From Deinococcales bacterium (GTDB lineage Bacteria > Deinococcota > Deinococci > Deinococcales > JAAFIG01), in contig JAYWGM010000051.1 of the NCBI GenBank assembly GCA_043778225.1, positions 24,861 to 88,860 on the forward strand: a DNA stretch of 64,000 bases. Direction: 5' to 3'. Under the pieces are notes generated by a model that was not told the DNA's origin, did not search any database, and saw nothing but the letters and a program-made list of their open reading frames with translations. Numbering within the stretch: the stretch's first letter is position 1; each line of letters begins with the position of its first letter. Below are positions 48,784-57,177 of the stretch, piece after piece. A program made the translations under genes and the position numbers.

Positions 48784-50337
48784 ATGAAGAAATGGCAAGT
48801 GATTTTTGGAATCATCGCAACAGCCGCCGCAGTCTCGAGTTTAGCGCAGCTTGGTTCAGCCCAAACGGGTACGACCGACCTGAGTTTAGCGCTGAACATT
48901 GCCAATCCCGAATCGCCCATTCCAGCCGCCAACTGGGACACATGGACAGTCATTAAGGATAAACTCGGCATCAACATTAAATTTACCTCTTTGCCAGCCG
49001 CCGCCGATGGCGACACCAAACTTGGGGCTTTAGCCGCCGCCAACGACCTGCCCGATTTATTTGAAGTTCGCAACCCAAATTTATTTGATCGTTTGGTTCA
49101 ACAAGGTCAACTTGCACCAGTCTCGAGCCTGACCGCCCTGATGCCGCGCCGCAATGCAATGCGCTATTCGGATCGCAAACGCAATGCCCTAGCCACGGTC
49201 AATGGGGTGATGTATGGTTTTCAAGAACCCGCTTCGCTCAGTCGTCAGTATGCGATTAGCATTCGTCAAGATTGGCTTGATAAACTTGGGCTAAAAGCAC
49301 CGACCACGCTCGACGAATTCTATGAAGTTGCCAAAGCCTTTACCGAACGCGACCCTGATGGAAACGGTAAAAAAGACACCTATGGCTATGGTGGTGTGAT
49401 TGATTATGACACCGCCGGTGTACTGCCCGGACTTGGCTTGGGCAACCATTTCCAATGGATTTATGGCGCATATGGTGTGGCTGGAACTTGGAATTACAAA
49501 ACCAAAAACTTTAATGCCAACCTCAAAGACCCCAATTATCGTAAAGCCACCGAATACATTGCTAAACTGGTGGCTGCCAAATTGATTGACCCAGACTGGG
49601 CAACCATGAAACGTGCCGACCTTCGTACCCGTTGGCAACAAGGGCGTTATGGGATGTTCTATGAAAGTGTTGGCGGTCTACAAACGGGTATTCGCAATTT
49701 TGATGGCAACAACAAAAAAGGTGAATTGGTCTTTATCGCTCCACCCAAAGGACCAAGTGGCAAGGCTATACCGGGCATTTATGCCAACGCTGGCTGGTTA
49801 TTTGTGGTCTCGAAAAAAGCCTTGGATGCAGGCAAAGGACCCGCCATTGCTAAGTTCCTCGAGTGGGCAAATTACAACGACGGGTATTACTTACTTGGTT
49901 TTGGCAAACGCGGTATTCATTACAACCTGATAGATGGTGTGCCTGTCGCCAACCAAGCTGTTGCGGCTGCCGAGCGTGGCATGGTTACCCAACTCAAATG
50001 GTTAGCCTTAAATTCCAATCCGAGCGAACTCAAAGGACGGTATGCCACTTTTGTGCCTGCCGAAAAGCAGACTTCCTATAATTTCTATCAAATGCTGCTC
50101 GATGCCCAAAACAATGGTTGGGTAGACCGGACGGGCGATATTGCGGTGCGGGCTGCCCCAAACCAAGCCGATATTGAACGTTATGTTGCCGAGAATATGG
50201 TGCAATTTGCGCTTGGTCAACGCCCTATTTCGGATGCCACATGGGAGCAATTCTTAAATGGCTTAAACGGCTTAAATTTTGAGCAGTTCGAGAACAACGC
50301 CGAGAAAGTCCTCCGAACTGGCGGATTCTTGCGCTAG
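48784..50337 (+). CDS. oligosaccharide ABC substrate-binding protein (LplA-like)
   Basis: AAGGAG RBS; signal peptide; IRQDWLDKLGLKAPTTLDEF..DPDGNGKKDT. Confidence 0.92.
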   Translation: MKKWQVIFGIIATAAAVSSLAQLGSAQTGTTDLSLALNIANPESPIPAANWDTWTVIKDKLGINIKFTSLPAAADGDTKLGALAAANDLPDLFEVRNPNLFDRLVQQGQLAPVSSLTALMPRRNAMRYSDRKRNALATVNGVMYGFQEPASLSRQYAISIRQDWLDKLGLKAPTTLDEFYEVAKAFTERDPDGNGKKDTYGYGGVIDYDTAGVLPGLGLGNHFQWIYGAYGVAGTWNYKTKNFNANLKDPNYRKATEYIAKLVAAKLIDPDWATMKRADLRTRWQQGRYGMFYESVGGLQTGIRNFDGNNKKGELVFIAPPKGPSGKAIPGIYANAGWLFVVSKKALDAGKGPAIAKFLEWANYNDGYYLLGFGKRGIHYNLIDGVPVANQAVAAAERGMVTQLKWLALNSNPSELKGRYATFVPAEKQTSYNFYQMLLDAQNNGWVDRTGDIAVRAAPNQADIERYVAENMVQFALGQRPISDATWEQFLNGLNGLNFEQFENNAEKVLRTGGFLR

Positions 50338-50370
50338 AAGCTCGAGCCTTAGGTCAAGGAGTTTTTATTC

Positions 50371-51168
50371 ATGTCAAGCCATTTTCATTCGATTTCAAAA
50401 GCTACAGGGTATCAGCCACTCGAGCAGCATTCGTGCCAGTTATTGGGTTTTGCAAAATTGAATCTCGAGGCGGGTCAAGTTTTTTCGGGTCTTAGCCAAG
50501 AGCGCGAAATCCTGTTGGTGGCTTTGGCAGGTCGTGCCAAAGTGACCGTCAATGGTCTTGAATTTTCCAAAGTTGGTGGGCGAGCCAATGTTTTTGCTGG
50601 CTTACCGCACAGTGTTTATATTCCATGCGGCAGCAGTTTTACGGTCGAGGCACTGAGTAAATTTGAAGCCGCCTTACCCAGTGCGCCAAGCAACCTCGAG
50701 ACAGCACCTTATGAAATTAAGCCCGAACAAGTCAATACTGGGCAGTGGGGGGCGCTTAATTACTCCCGCAAATTCCGTGAAATTTTGGTACAACCCACCC
50801 TGGCAGCGCGTTTAATTGTTGGCGAGACAATCACCCCAAGTGGCAACTGGAGTACCTATCCCGCCCATAAGCACGAAGTCAATGCTGGCGGCGAAGTTTT
50901 CCACGAAGAAATGTATTACTTTCGGGTTTCTGCGCCAGAAGGTTGGGGTTTTACCCGCCATTACAGCCCTGAGCATGGTTATGACGATACCTATATTGTC
51001 AAAGATGATTCGCTGCTTTCGATTCCACACGGCTACCACACCTATGCTGCCGCACCCGGTTATAATTCTTATTATTTGTGGTTTTTGGCTGGCGAGGCTC
51101 GAGTTCAAGGTGTTAAATTAGATGCTGACCATGCGTGGATTCAAAAGTCTGTGGGAACATTGGTATGA
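50371..51168 (+). CDS. KduI/IolB-family isomerase, IolB-like sequence
   Basis: GNWSTYPAHKH, EEMYYF and IPHGYH motifs. Confidence 0.85.
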   Translation: MSSHFHSISKATGYQPLEQHSCQLLGFAKLNLEAGQVFSGLSQEREILLVALAGRAKVTVNGLEFSKVGGRANVFAGLPHSVYIPCGSSFTVEALSKFEAALPSAPSNLETAPYEIKPEQVNTGQWGALNYSRKFREILVQPTLAARLIVGETITPSGNWSTYPAHKHEVNAGGEVFHEEMYYFRVSAPEGWGFTRHYSPEHGYDDTYIVKDDSLLSIPHGYHTYAAAPGYNSYYLWFLAGEARVQGVKLDADHAWIQKSVGTLV

Positions 51169-51929
51169 TTGATTTATTTTCTTTGGCAGGTAAAACCGCA
51201 CTGGTGACTGGTGGCGCGGTCGGTATCGGACAAGGCATAGCCGTGGCGTTAGCCCAAAGTGGAGCGAATGTGGCAATCACCACCTTGGGGCATGATGCCA
51301 CCGAGACCCAAAAATTGGTGCTGGCATCAGGTGTCAAATTTGCCAGCTTTCAACGCAACCTAGCCGAATTAGACAGCCAAGGTATCAGCGCTTTACTCGA
51401 GCAAATCGAAAGCGAACTTGGCAATCTGGATATTCTGGTCAATAACGCTGGGATTATTGTCCGCGCCAATGCCGAAGAATTTTCAGACGAAGACTGGAAT
51501 GCAGTGCTTGAACTAAATCTGAACAGCGTTTGGCGTTTATCTCGAGCCGCAGGGCAAAAAATGTTGGCTCGAGGCACTGGCAAAATTATTTCGGTGGCAA
51601 GTTTGTTGGCGTTTCAGGGTGGTATCCGTGTCCCAGCCTATACCGCCAGCAAGCACGCGATTGCGGGTCTGACCAAGGCGCTTGCCAACGAATGGGCAAA
51701 CCGTGGTGTGACGGTCAATGCGATTGCTCCAGGTTATATAGAAACCAACAACACCCAAGCCCTGCGCGATGACCCTGTGCGTGCCAAAAGTATTCTCGAG
51801 CGTATTCCGGCTGGGCGTTGGGGGACACCCGCCGATTTGGGTGGAGCGGCGGTTTTTTTGGCTTCATCGGCTGCTGATTATGTCAATGGTCATGTGCTGG
51901 TGGTGGATGGTGGTTGGCTTGCCCGCTAA
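51165..51929 (+). CDS. kduD: 2-dehydro-3-deoxy-D-gluconate 5-dehydrogenase
   Basis: SDR; FQGGIRVPAYTASK, NAIAPGY..TNNT.ALR, VDGGWLAR. Confidence 0.93.
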   Translation: MIDLFSLAGKTALVTGGAVGIGQGIAVALAQSGANVAITTLGHDATETQKLVLASGVKFASFQRNLAELDSQGISALLEQIESELGNLDILVNNAGIIVRANAEEFSDEDWNAVLELNLNSVWRLSRAAGQKMLARGTGKIISVASLLAFQGGIRVPAYTASKHAIAGLTKALANEWANRGVTVNAIAPGYIETNNTQALRDDPVRAKSILERIPAGRWGTPADLGGAAVFLASSAADYVNGHVLVVDGGWLAR

Positions 51930-52563
51930 AATTTTAGCCCAAATAAAAGCTGCTCAAGTGGTCGGGGTCTTGCGGGCGGATTCGCTCGAGTCGGCTGTCC
52001 AAGCCACCTTAGCCGCCGTGGCTGGTGGTCTACGAATAATTGAACTGACCTTCACGACCCCCAATGTGACCCAAGCCTTGGAGGTGCTGTCAAGCCAATT
52101 GCCAGCCGATGTTTTACTCGGGGCTGGGACAGTCTTAAACCTCGAGCAAGCCAAAGCCGCCCTCAAAGCTGGAGCGCACTTTTTGGTCAGCCCATATTTA
52201 TCTAAAGAAGTCCTAGCGTTTTCACTCGAGCAACAGGTGTTGTACCTACCGGGGGTGGTGACCCCAACCGAGATGATGCAAGCCCACCAACTTGGAGCAA
52301 CTGCCCTAAAATTATTTCCTGCTGAATCGAGCGGCGGTGTAGCCTACCTTAAAGACATCCTTGCTCCCCTGCCGCACTTGCAAATCATGGTCACGGGTGG
52401 GATTCAACCGAGCCAAACCCAAGCCTATCTCGAGGCTGGGGCGGTGGCAGTTGGCTTAGGCAGTAATTTTTTCCCAAAAGCCGCCATGGCGACGCAAGAC
52501 TGGCAAGCGGTTCAAAGCGCTACCCAAGCTGCACTTGTGCAGTGTGGAGTTCATCATGCCTGA
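51907..52563 (+). CDS. eda: KDPG/KHG aldolase (start uncertain)
   Basis: IELTFTTP, GAGTVL, FLVSP, PG..TPTE, KLFPA, TGGI motifs. Confidence 0.9.
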   Translation: MVVGLPAKILAQIKAAQVVGVLRADSLESAVQATLAAVAGGLRIIELTFTTPNVTQALEVLSSQLPADVLLGAGTVLNLEQAKAALKAGAHFLVSPYLSKEVLAFSLEQQVLYLPGVVTPTEMMQAHQLGATALKLFPAESSGGVAYLKDILAPLPHLQIMVTGGIQPSQTQAYLEAGAVAVGLGSNFFPKAAMATQDWQAVQSATQAALVQCGVHHA

Positions 52564-52638
52564 AATCATTGAGGTGTGTGATGCCTGAAATCATTGAGGT
52601 GTGTGATGCCTGAAGTCATTGAGGTGTGTGATGCCTGA
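52556..52638 (+). repeat. 3 x 25-bp tandem repeat across the eda/kdgK junction
   Basis: unit ATGCCTGAA(A/G)TCATTGAGGTGTGTG; each unit carries a start, a stop and an SD. Confidence 0.9.
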
Positions 52639-53542
52639 CTTGATTGGGCTTGGTGAAGCCATGGTCGAAATCTATGCCGAACAACCACTTGGCAGGGCTA
52701 CACAATTGCAAAAATCGTTTGGCGGCGATGTCCTTAATGCGCTGGTAATGGCACAACGCTTAGGCACAAGCACGGGTTTTTATACTCGAGTTGGCAACGA
52801 CCCTTTTGGGTCTGGGTTACTCGAGTTCTGCCAAAACGAAGGACTGGACACCAGTCAAGCCAAATTGGTCAGTGGCGAAAATGGGGTCTATTTCATCAGT
52901 CTGCAAGCCAATGGCGAACGGGAATTTACCTATCGGCGCAAAGGCAGTGCTGCCAGTCAATACAGTCTTGCCGACCTTGACCCGAATAGTTTTCGCGGCA
53001 GCAAAATGTTGCTGATTTCTGGAATCAGCCAAGCGATTTCAGCCAGCAGCCAAGCGGCTGTTTTTCGGGCAGCCCAAATCGCCAAAGAACATGGTTTAGA
53101 AGTTGCTTTTGACCCCAATTATCGGCTTACACTCTGGGAATCTCGAGGTGGGGTGGCATCGGCTCAATCAGCCTACCAAGAACTCGAGCCACTGATTGAT
53201 GTGCTTTTGCCTAGTTATCCAGCCGACTTGGCTGTTTTAGGACTCGAGCCAAACCGACCAGAAAAAGCCTTAGACCAACTCCAAGCTAAAATTGTGGCGC
53301 TCAAATGCGGCGAGGATGGCGCATGGCTTAGCACCCAGAATATCCAGCAGCACATCCCTGCCATAAAAGCCGTGGTGCGTGATACCACAGGGGCTGGCGA
53401 TGCTTGGAATGGGGCATTTTTACACGGTGTCTTGCAAAGTCAAACCTTGCTTGAATCGGCTCGAGAAGCCAACCGAATAGCCGCCATAAAATTAGGGCAT
53501 CGTGGAGCAATTCCCAATCGCGCTGTCTTTAGCACAACCTGA
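52631..53542 (+). CDS. kdgK: 2-keto-3-deoxygluconate kinase (PfkB family)
   Basis: GEAMVE, FGGDVLN, FDPNYR..LW, DTTGAGD; pathway context. Confidence 0.88.
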   Translation: MPDLIGLGEAMVEIYAEQPLGRATQLQKSFGGDVLNALVMAQRLGTSTGFYTRVGNDPFGSGLLEFCQNEGLDTSQAKLVSGENGVYFISLQANGEREFTYRRKGSAASQYSLADLDPNSFRGSKMLLISGISQAISASSQAAVFRAAQIAKEHGLEVAFDPNYRLTLWESRGGVASAQSAYQELEPLIDVLLPSYPADLAVLGLEPNRPEKALDQLQAKIVALKCGEDGAWLSTQNIQQHIPAIKAVVRDTTGAGDAWNGAFLHGVLQSQTLLESAREANRIAAIKLGHRGAIPNRAVFSTT

Positions 53543-53563
53543 GAAATAAAAAAAAGGAGTTTC

Positions 53564-53905
53564 ATGAAACTTGGTGGTGATTGGGAATACGCAGGAGACG
53601 GCATGGATCGTCGTCTTGTTGAATTGGGTCAAGAAATTATGGCGGTGGCGGTGCGTTTTGAACAAGGCGCGATTGGCGCACTGCACCAGCATCCACATGA
53701 GCAATTAATCGTGGTCAAGGCTGGCAAGTTTAAGTTCAGTCTTGGCGCAGAAGAACGTATAGTACAAACGGGCGATACATTGTATATCGCTGGAGATACG
53801 CCACATGGCACGGTGGCACTCGAGGCTGGAGAACTGCTCGATATTTTTACGCCTTTGCGTTTAGATATGCTCGAGTCAGAAAAGATTTTGGTCGGGAGTC
53901 GTTAA
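53564..53905 (+). CDS. cupin protein (KdgF-like)
   Basis: GALHQHPHEQ ... PHG ... LLDIFTP.R; pectin operon context. Confidence 0.8.
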   Translation: MKLGGDWEYAGDGMDRRLVELGQEIMAVAVRFEQGAIGALHQHPHEQLIVVKAGKFKFSLGAEERIVQTGDTLYIAGDTPHGTVALEAGELLDIFTPLRLDMLESEKILVGSR

Positions 53906-55047
53906 TGCGAGTCTTTGAGGATGCCAAAACCAAACGTCAGATTACCCAACTGACCGATGTTGGCAACAATGTCCATATGTATTTTACCGAGAATTCTTTT
54001 GATTGGCAAAAGCCAGAAATTATTTTTCGTTCAGACCGGGCTGCGCCCCCCAAAGCCCCCCATGAAAATCCGCACTACAACATCTTTAAGCTCAATTTTT
54101 TAACGGGCGAACTGACCCAACTGACCGATGAACCCGAAGCGGTTGGGAGTGTCACCAAAACCCCAGATGGCAGTTTAATTGCTTATTTGGTCGGTCAAAA
54201 AGTCAAGTTACTCGAGACCAGCACAGGTAAAATCAGGACGCTTTACGAAGGCGAAAACTTTAATTTGAATTCGCCTTCAATCAGTCCAAATCGACAGTAC
54301 ATTGGTTTTGCCCGCAACGAAAAAGTGGCGGTCGCAAATACTGGGGTTAATTATTCTGGTTTTGAGGAGAATTTTCATCTGGTTAAAGATGGCAGAATTA
54401 CCGTGGCGCAGATAGACGGCAGTGGTTTTTTTGATTCCTACACCGATACCCACTGGGTTGGACATTTTCAGTTTAGCCCCGACGACTCGAGTATTGCCAT
54501 GTTTTGCCACGAAGGACCGTGGAACTTGGTTGGGCAACGGATTTGGATTTTAGATTTTATAGACCGACACGCCAGACCATGTTATCGGCAAATAGAAAGC
54601 GATGCGATTGGTCACGAATTCTGGACTCGAGACGGACTGATTTTTTTTGATAATCGCGGTCATGGTCATGACGGTACAATCACCTCAGACCGCACCCAAG
54701 CCGTGGCAACTCATGTCGCTGTCAATCAAAATCCCTTCAAGCCCTATGTTGGCTTGGTTGACCGCCACAACAACCTGATTCGTCGGCTCGAGATGCCTTT
54801 TTATTGCAATCATTACCATGCAAACCCCGACAGCACTCAGTTAATTGGCGATGACTTAGACGAAATTGTGCGAATTGACATCTCTTCCGAGACCGCTTCA
54901 CTCGAGGTGCTGTGCCAACACGGAACGTCTTGGCACACCCAAGCCAGCCATTGTCACCCGACTTGGAGTTGGGACGGTCAACATATGCTCTACGCTTCGG
55001 ATGCTGGTGGAAAAGTCAATTTGTACCTAATGGAACTCGAGTCTTAA
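53905..55047 (+). CDS. ogl: oligogalacturonate lyase-family beta-propeller
   Basis: HMYF, GHFQFSP, FCHEGPW..V.QRIW, GHEFW, HCHPTWS motifs. Confidence 0.85.
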   Translation: MRVFEDAKTKRQITQLTDVGNNVHMYFTENSFDWQKPEIIFRSDRAAPPKAPHENPHYNIFKLNFLTGELTQLTDEPEAVGSVTKTPDGSLIAYLVGQKVKLLETSTGKIRTLYEGENFNLNSPSISPNRQYIGFARNEKVAVANTGVNYSGFEENFHLVKDGRITVAQIDGSGFFDSYTDTHWVGHFQFSPDDSSIAMFCHEGPWNLVGQRIWILDFIDRHARPCYRQIESDAIGHEFWTRDGLIFFDNRGHGHDGTITSDRTQAVATHVAVNQNPFKPYVGLVDRHNNLIRRLEMPFYCNHYHANPDSTQLIGDDLDEIVRIDISSETASLEVLCQHGTSWHTQASHCHPTWSWDGQHMLYASDAGGKVNLYLMELES

Positions 55048-55068
55048 CCTGTGGTATCTATAAAAGTC

Positions 55069-55671
55069 ATGACTGCACTCGAGGTGCTGACCCAAAGTTT
55101 TATTCTCGGACTTGGTATTGCCATGCCCGTCGGACCAATAGGCGTATTGGTGATTCGTCGTAGCCTGACCGAAGGACGCAAATACGGTATCGCTTCGGGA
55201 CTCGGTGCAGCCACTGCCGACGGGTTGTACGGCTTAATTGCTACACTGGGTTTGGGCTTAATTGCCAGTTTACTGACAGGAATCCAATTTTATACGCGCT
55301 TAATTGGTGGGGTATTTTTGCTCTATCTTGCTTGGCAAATTTATAACAGTCAACCGCCCGAAAAAGCCACCCAAGCCAAAAGTGCCTCGAGTTTAATTGG
55401 TGCGTATGTTAGTACCTTGCTGCTTACTTTTTCTAATCCAGCCACGATTCTCTATTTCTTTGGGGTGGTCTCGAGCCTCAAAATAGTTGGGCATGGCTGG
55501 GCAGTGGTGCTTGGCTTCTTTCTTGGCAGTGCGCTCTGGTGGATTGCCCTCAGCGGTGTTGCCAGCAGCCTAGGCTCGAGCATGGACAACAGGGTATTGC
55601 GGCTGGTCAATGTGGTCTCGAGCTTGGTGATTGTAGCCTTTGCGGTTTATGCGTTTATTGGATTGTTCTAA
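55069..55671 (+). CDS. LysE-family exporter
   Basis: GIAMPVGP, GLGAATAD, LLTFSNP motifs. Confidence 0.9.
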   Translation: MTALEVLTQSFILGLGIAMPVGPIGVLVIRRSLTEGRKYGIASGLGAATADGLYGLIATLGLGLIASLLTGIQFYTRLIGGVFLLYLAWQIYNSQPPEKATQAKSASSLIGAYVSTLLLTFSNPATILYFFGVVSSLKIVGHGWAVVLGFFLGSALWWIALSGVASSLGSSMDNRVLRLVNVVSSLVIVAFAVYAFIGLF

Positions 55672-55816
55672 GCTCGAGTTCAGCCAGCCTCTGAAAGCTC
55701 GAGTTCAGCCAGCCTCTGAAAGCTCGAGTTCAGTTAGCCTCTGAAAGCTCGAGTTCAGTTAGCCTCTGAAAGCTCGAGTTCAGTTAGCCTCTGAAAGCTC
55801 GAGTTCAGCCAGCCTC
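55670..55816 (+). repeat. about 6 x 25-bp tandem repeat, one CTCGAG per unit, no spacers
   Basis: unit AAGCTCGAGTTCAG(CC/TT)AGCCTCTGA; variant order CC,CC,TT,TT,TT,CC. Confidence 0.93.
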
Positions 55817-55950
55817 GTCTAAAGCAGAGGTGGCTCTGTGTGTCAAATCACGCCGTAAAAAGCATATTCGTGTCATGATTTTGTCTGCCGATGAGTCAAA
55901 TCGTAAACCAGACTCAAGTAAAATTCAGAAAGAACATGGAGAATAAGATT

Positions 55951-56232
55951 ATGATTCAACCCAACCAAGGCGAACTCGAGCAAACCTTTGCGCTGCTTGG
56001 TAGCAGCGAGCAGATGGTTTTGCGCTTACGCAGTGGTCTGGTAGACGGGCATCGGCACAGTCTGCGTGAAGTCAGTACCTTTTTGGGGACAACCCGCGCC
56101 GCCGCCCGTAGCCTCGAGTGGCAAGGTTGGCAAAAGCTCCAAGCCCATGCCCAAAATAACGAGGTGGCTTCGGAGAGTGTCAATTATATTCTCGAGCGTT
56201 GTCGGGTTCGTAAGCCACGAATCGGCAACTAA
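55951..56232 (+). CDS. stand-alone sigma70 region-4-like protein
   Basis: EQMVLRLRSGLVDGHRHSLREVSTFLGTTR resembles SigA region 4; GGAG RBS upstream; could start at 55891 or 55936. Confidence 0.7.
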   Translation: MIQPNQGELEQTFALLGSSEQMVLRLRSGLVDGHRHSLREVSTFLGTTRAAARSLEWQGWQKLQAHAQNNEVASESVNYILERCRVRKPRIGN

Positions 56233-56260
56233 CCATCTCACCTATGCGATACTACTGGCT

Positions 56261-57100
56261 GTGAAACTCAGTGTCATCATCCCAACCCATAACCGCATGG
56301 TTTTGCTCGAGCAATTATTAAATTCACTCGAGGTTCAGACTTATAGCGATTTTGAAGTGGTCGTGGCAGTTGACGAAAGCACCGATGGCACTTTAACGAT
56401 GCTCGAGGCAATCAAGCGCCGCAGCCAGATGAAACTCGAGTTCTTGGTCTTACAACAAGGTGGTCAGGCAAAAGCCCGCAACGCTGCAATCGAGGTAGCA
56501 ACGGGTGAAATCCTCGTTTTTGCCGACGATGACCTGACCTTTGCTCCTGATGTTCTGGCGCGTCATGCAGCTTTTCATCAGGTTTTCAAAAATTCGATTG
56601 CGATTGGCGCAGTCCAATACCCAAGTGGAAAAACCGATTTTCCAAACAATCCAAGTTGGCTCAATTTTACTGGTATGAACACCAGTTTGCCCAGACAAGC
56701 TGCCATTGAGCAAGCTGGTTTTGACCAAACGTTTTTGGGCTATGGTGGCGAAGACCTCGAGTTTGCTTTGCGACTCGAGCAAGCTGGGTTAAAAATTCGG
56801 CGTTTACCAGATACCTTGGCAATTCATGCGGGTGAACAAATTCGCAACCCCGAAAAGGCTTATTCGGCTGGTTATCAAGCCGTTAAAATTACCAAAAAAC
56901 ATGGGAACGTTGTGGCGATGCAGCTTGGCGTTCACCCGAGTTTGCTTTTGGCAAAACGACTTTTACTAAACCCAATTGGCGATGTGGTACTCAAATCCTT
57001 ATCTGATTACGCTTTTGAACGTGCCTACTTGGATGGCGCTCGAGCCGCTTGGAAAGAGGATGAAAAGGTTAAAAGGTTAAAAGGCGACCCAGCCCGTTAG
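56261..57100 (+). CDS. glycosyltransferase family 2
   Basis: LSVIIPTHNR, VDESTDGT, ARNAAI, FADDD, YGGEDLE motifs. Confidence 0.92.
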   Translation: MKLSVIIPTHNRMVLLEQLLNSLEVQTYSDFEVVVAVDESTDGTLTMLEAIKRRSQMKLEFLVLQQGGQAKARNAAIEVATGEILVFADDDLTFAPDVLARHAAFHQVFKNSIAIGAVQYPSGKTDFPNNPSWLNFTGMNTSLPRQAAIEQAGFDQTFLGYGGEDLEFALRLEQAGLKIRRLPDTLAIHAGEQIRNPEKAYSAGYQAVKITKKHGNVVAMQLGVHPSLLLAKRLLLNPIGDVVLKSLSDYAFERAYLDGARAAWKEDEKVKRLKGDPAR

Positions 57101-57133
57101 GTGCATTTTTCGGGTCAAGAAGGTTAAAAGGTT
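57063..57133. repeat. solo copy of the dnaX 39-bp element within an AAAAGGTT octamer array
   Basis: 57084-57121 matches the dnaX unit with 3 mismatches and 1 gap; flanked by AAAAGGTT repeats. Confidence 0.8.
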
Positions 57134-57177
57134 TTCTCCTTCTTCTAAGCTCCCCACCCACTCTGTTAGACTCTGCC

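Noticed and set aside
55670..55816. CRISPR array
   Set aside because: The 25-bp units are directly adjacent with no unique spacers, and there are no cas genes in the window. The same applies to the other 23-27 bp arrays.
55847..55868. A sixth SARP-type promoter (ATCACGC-9 nt-CATATT)
   Set aside because: Only one half-site is present; the upstream repeat is missing. The same holds for TTCACGC at 62111.
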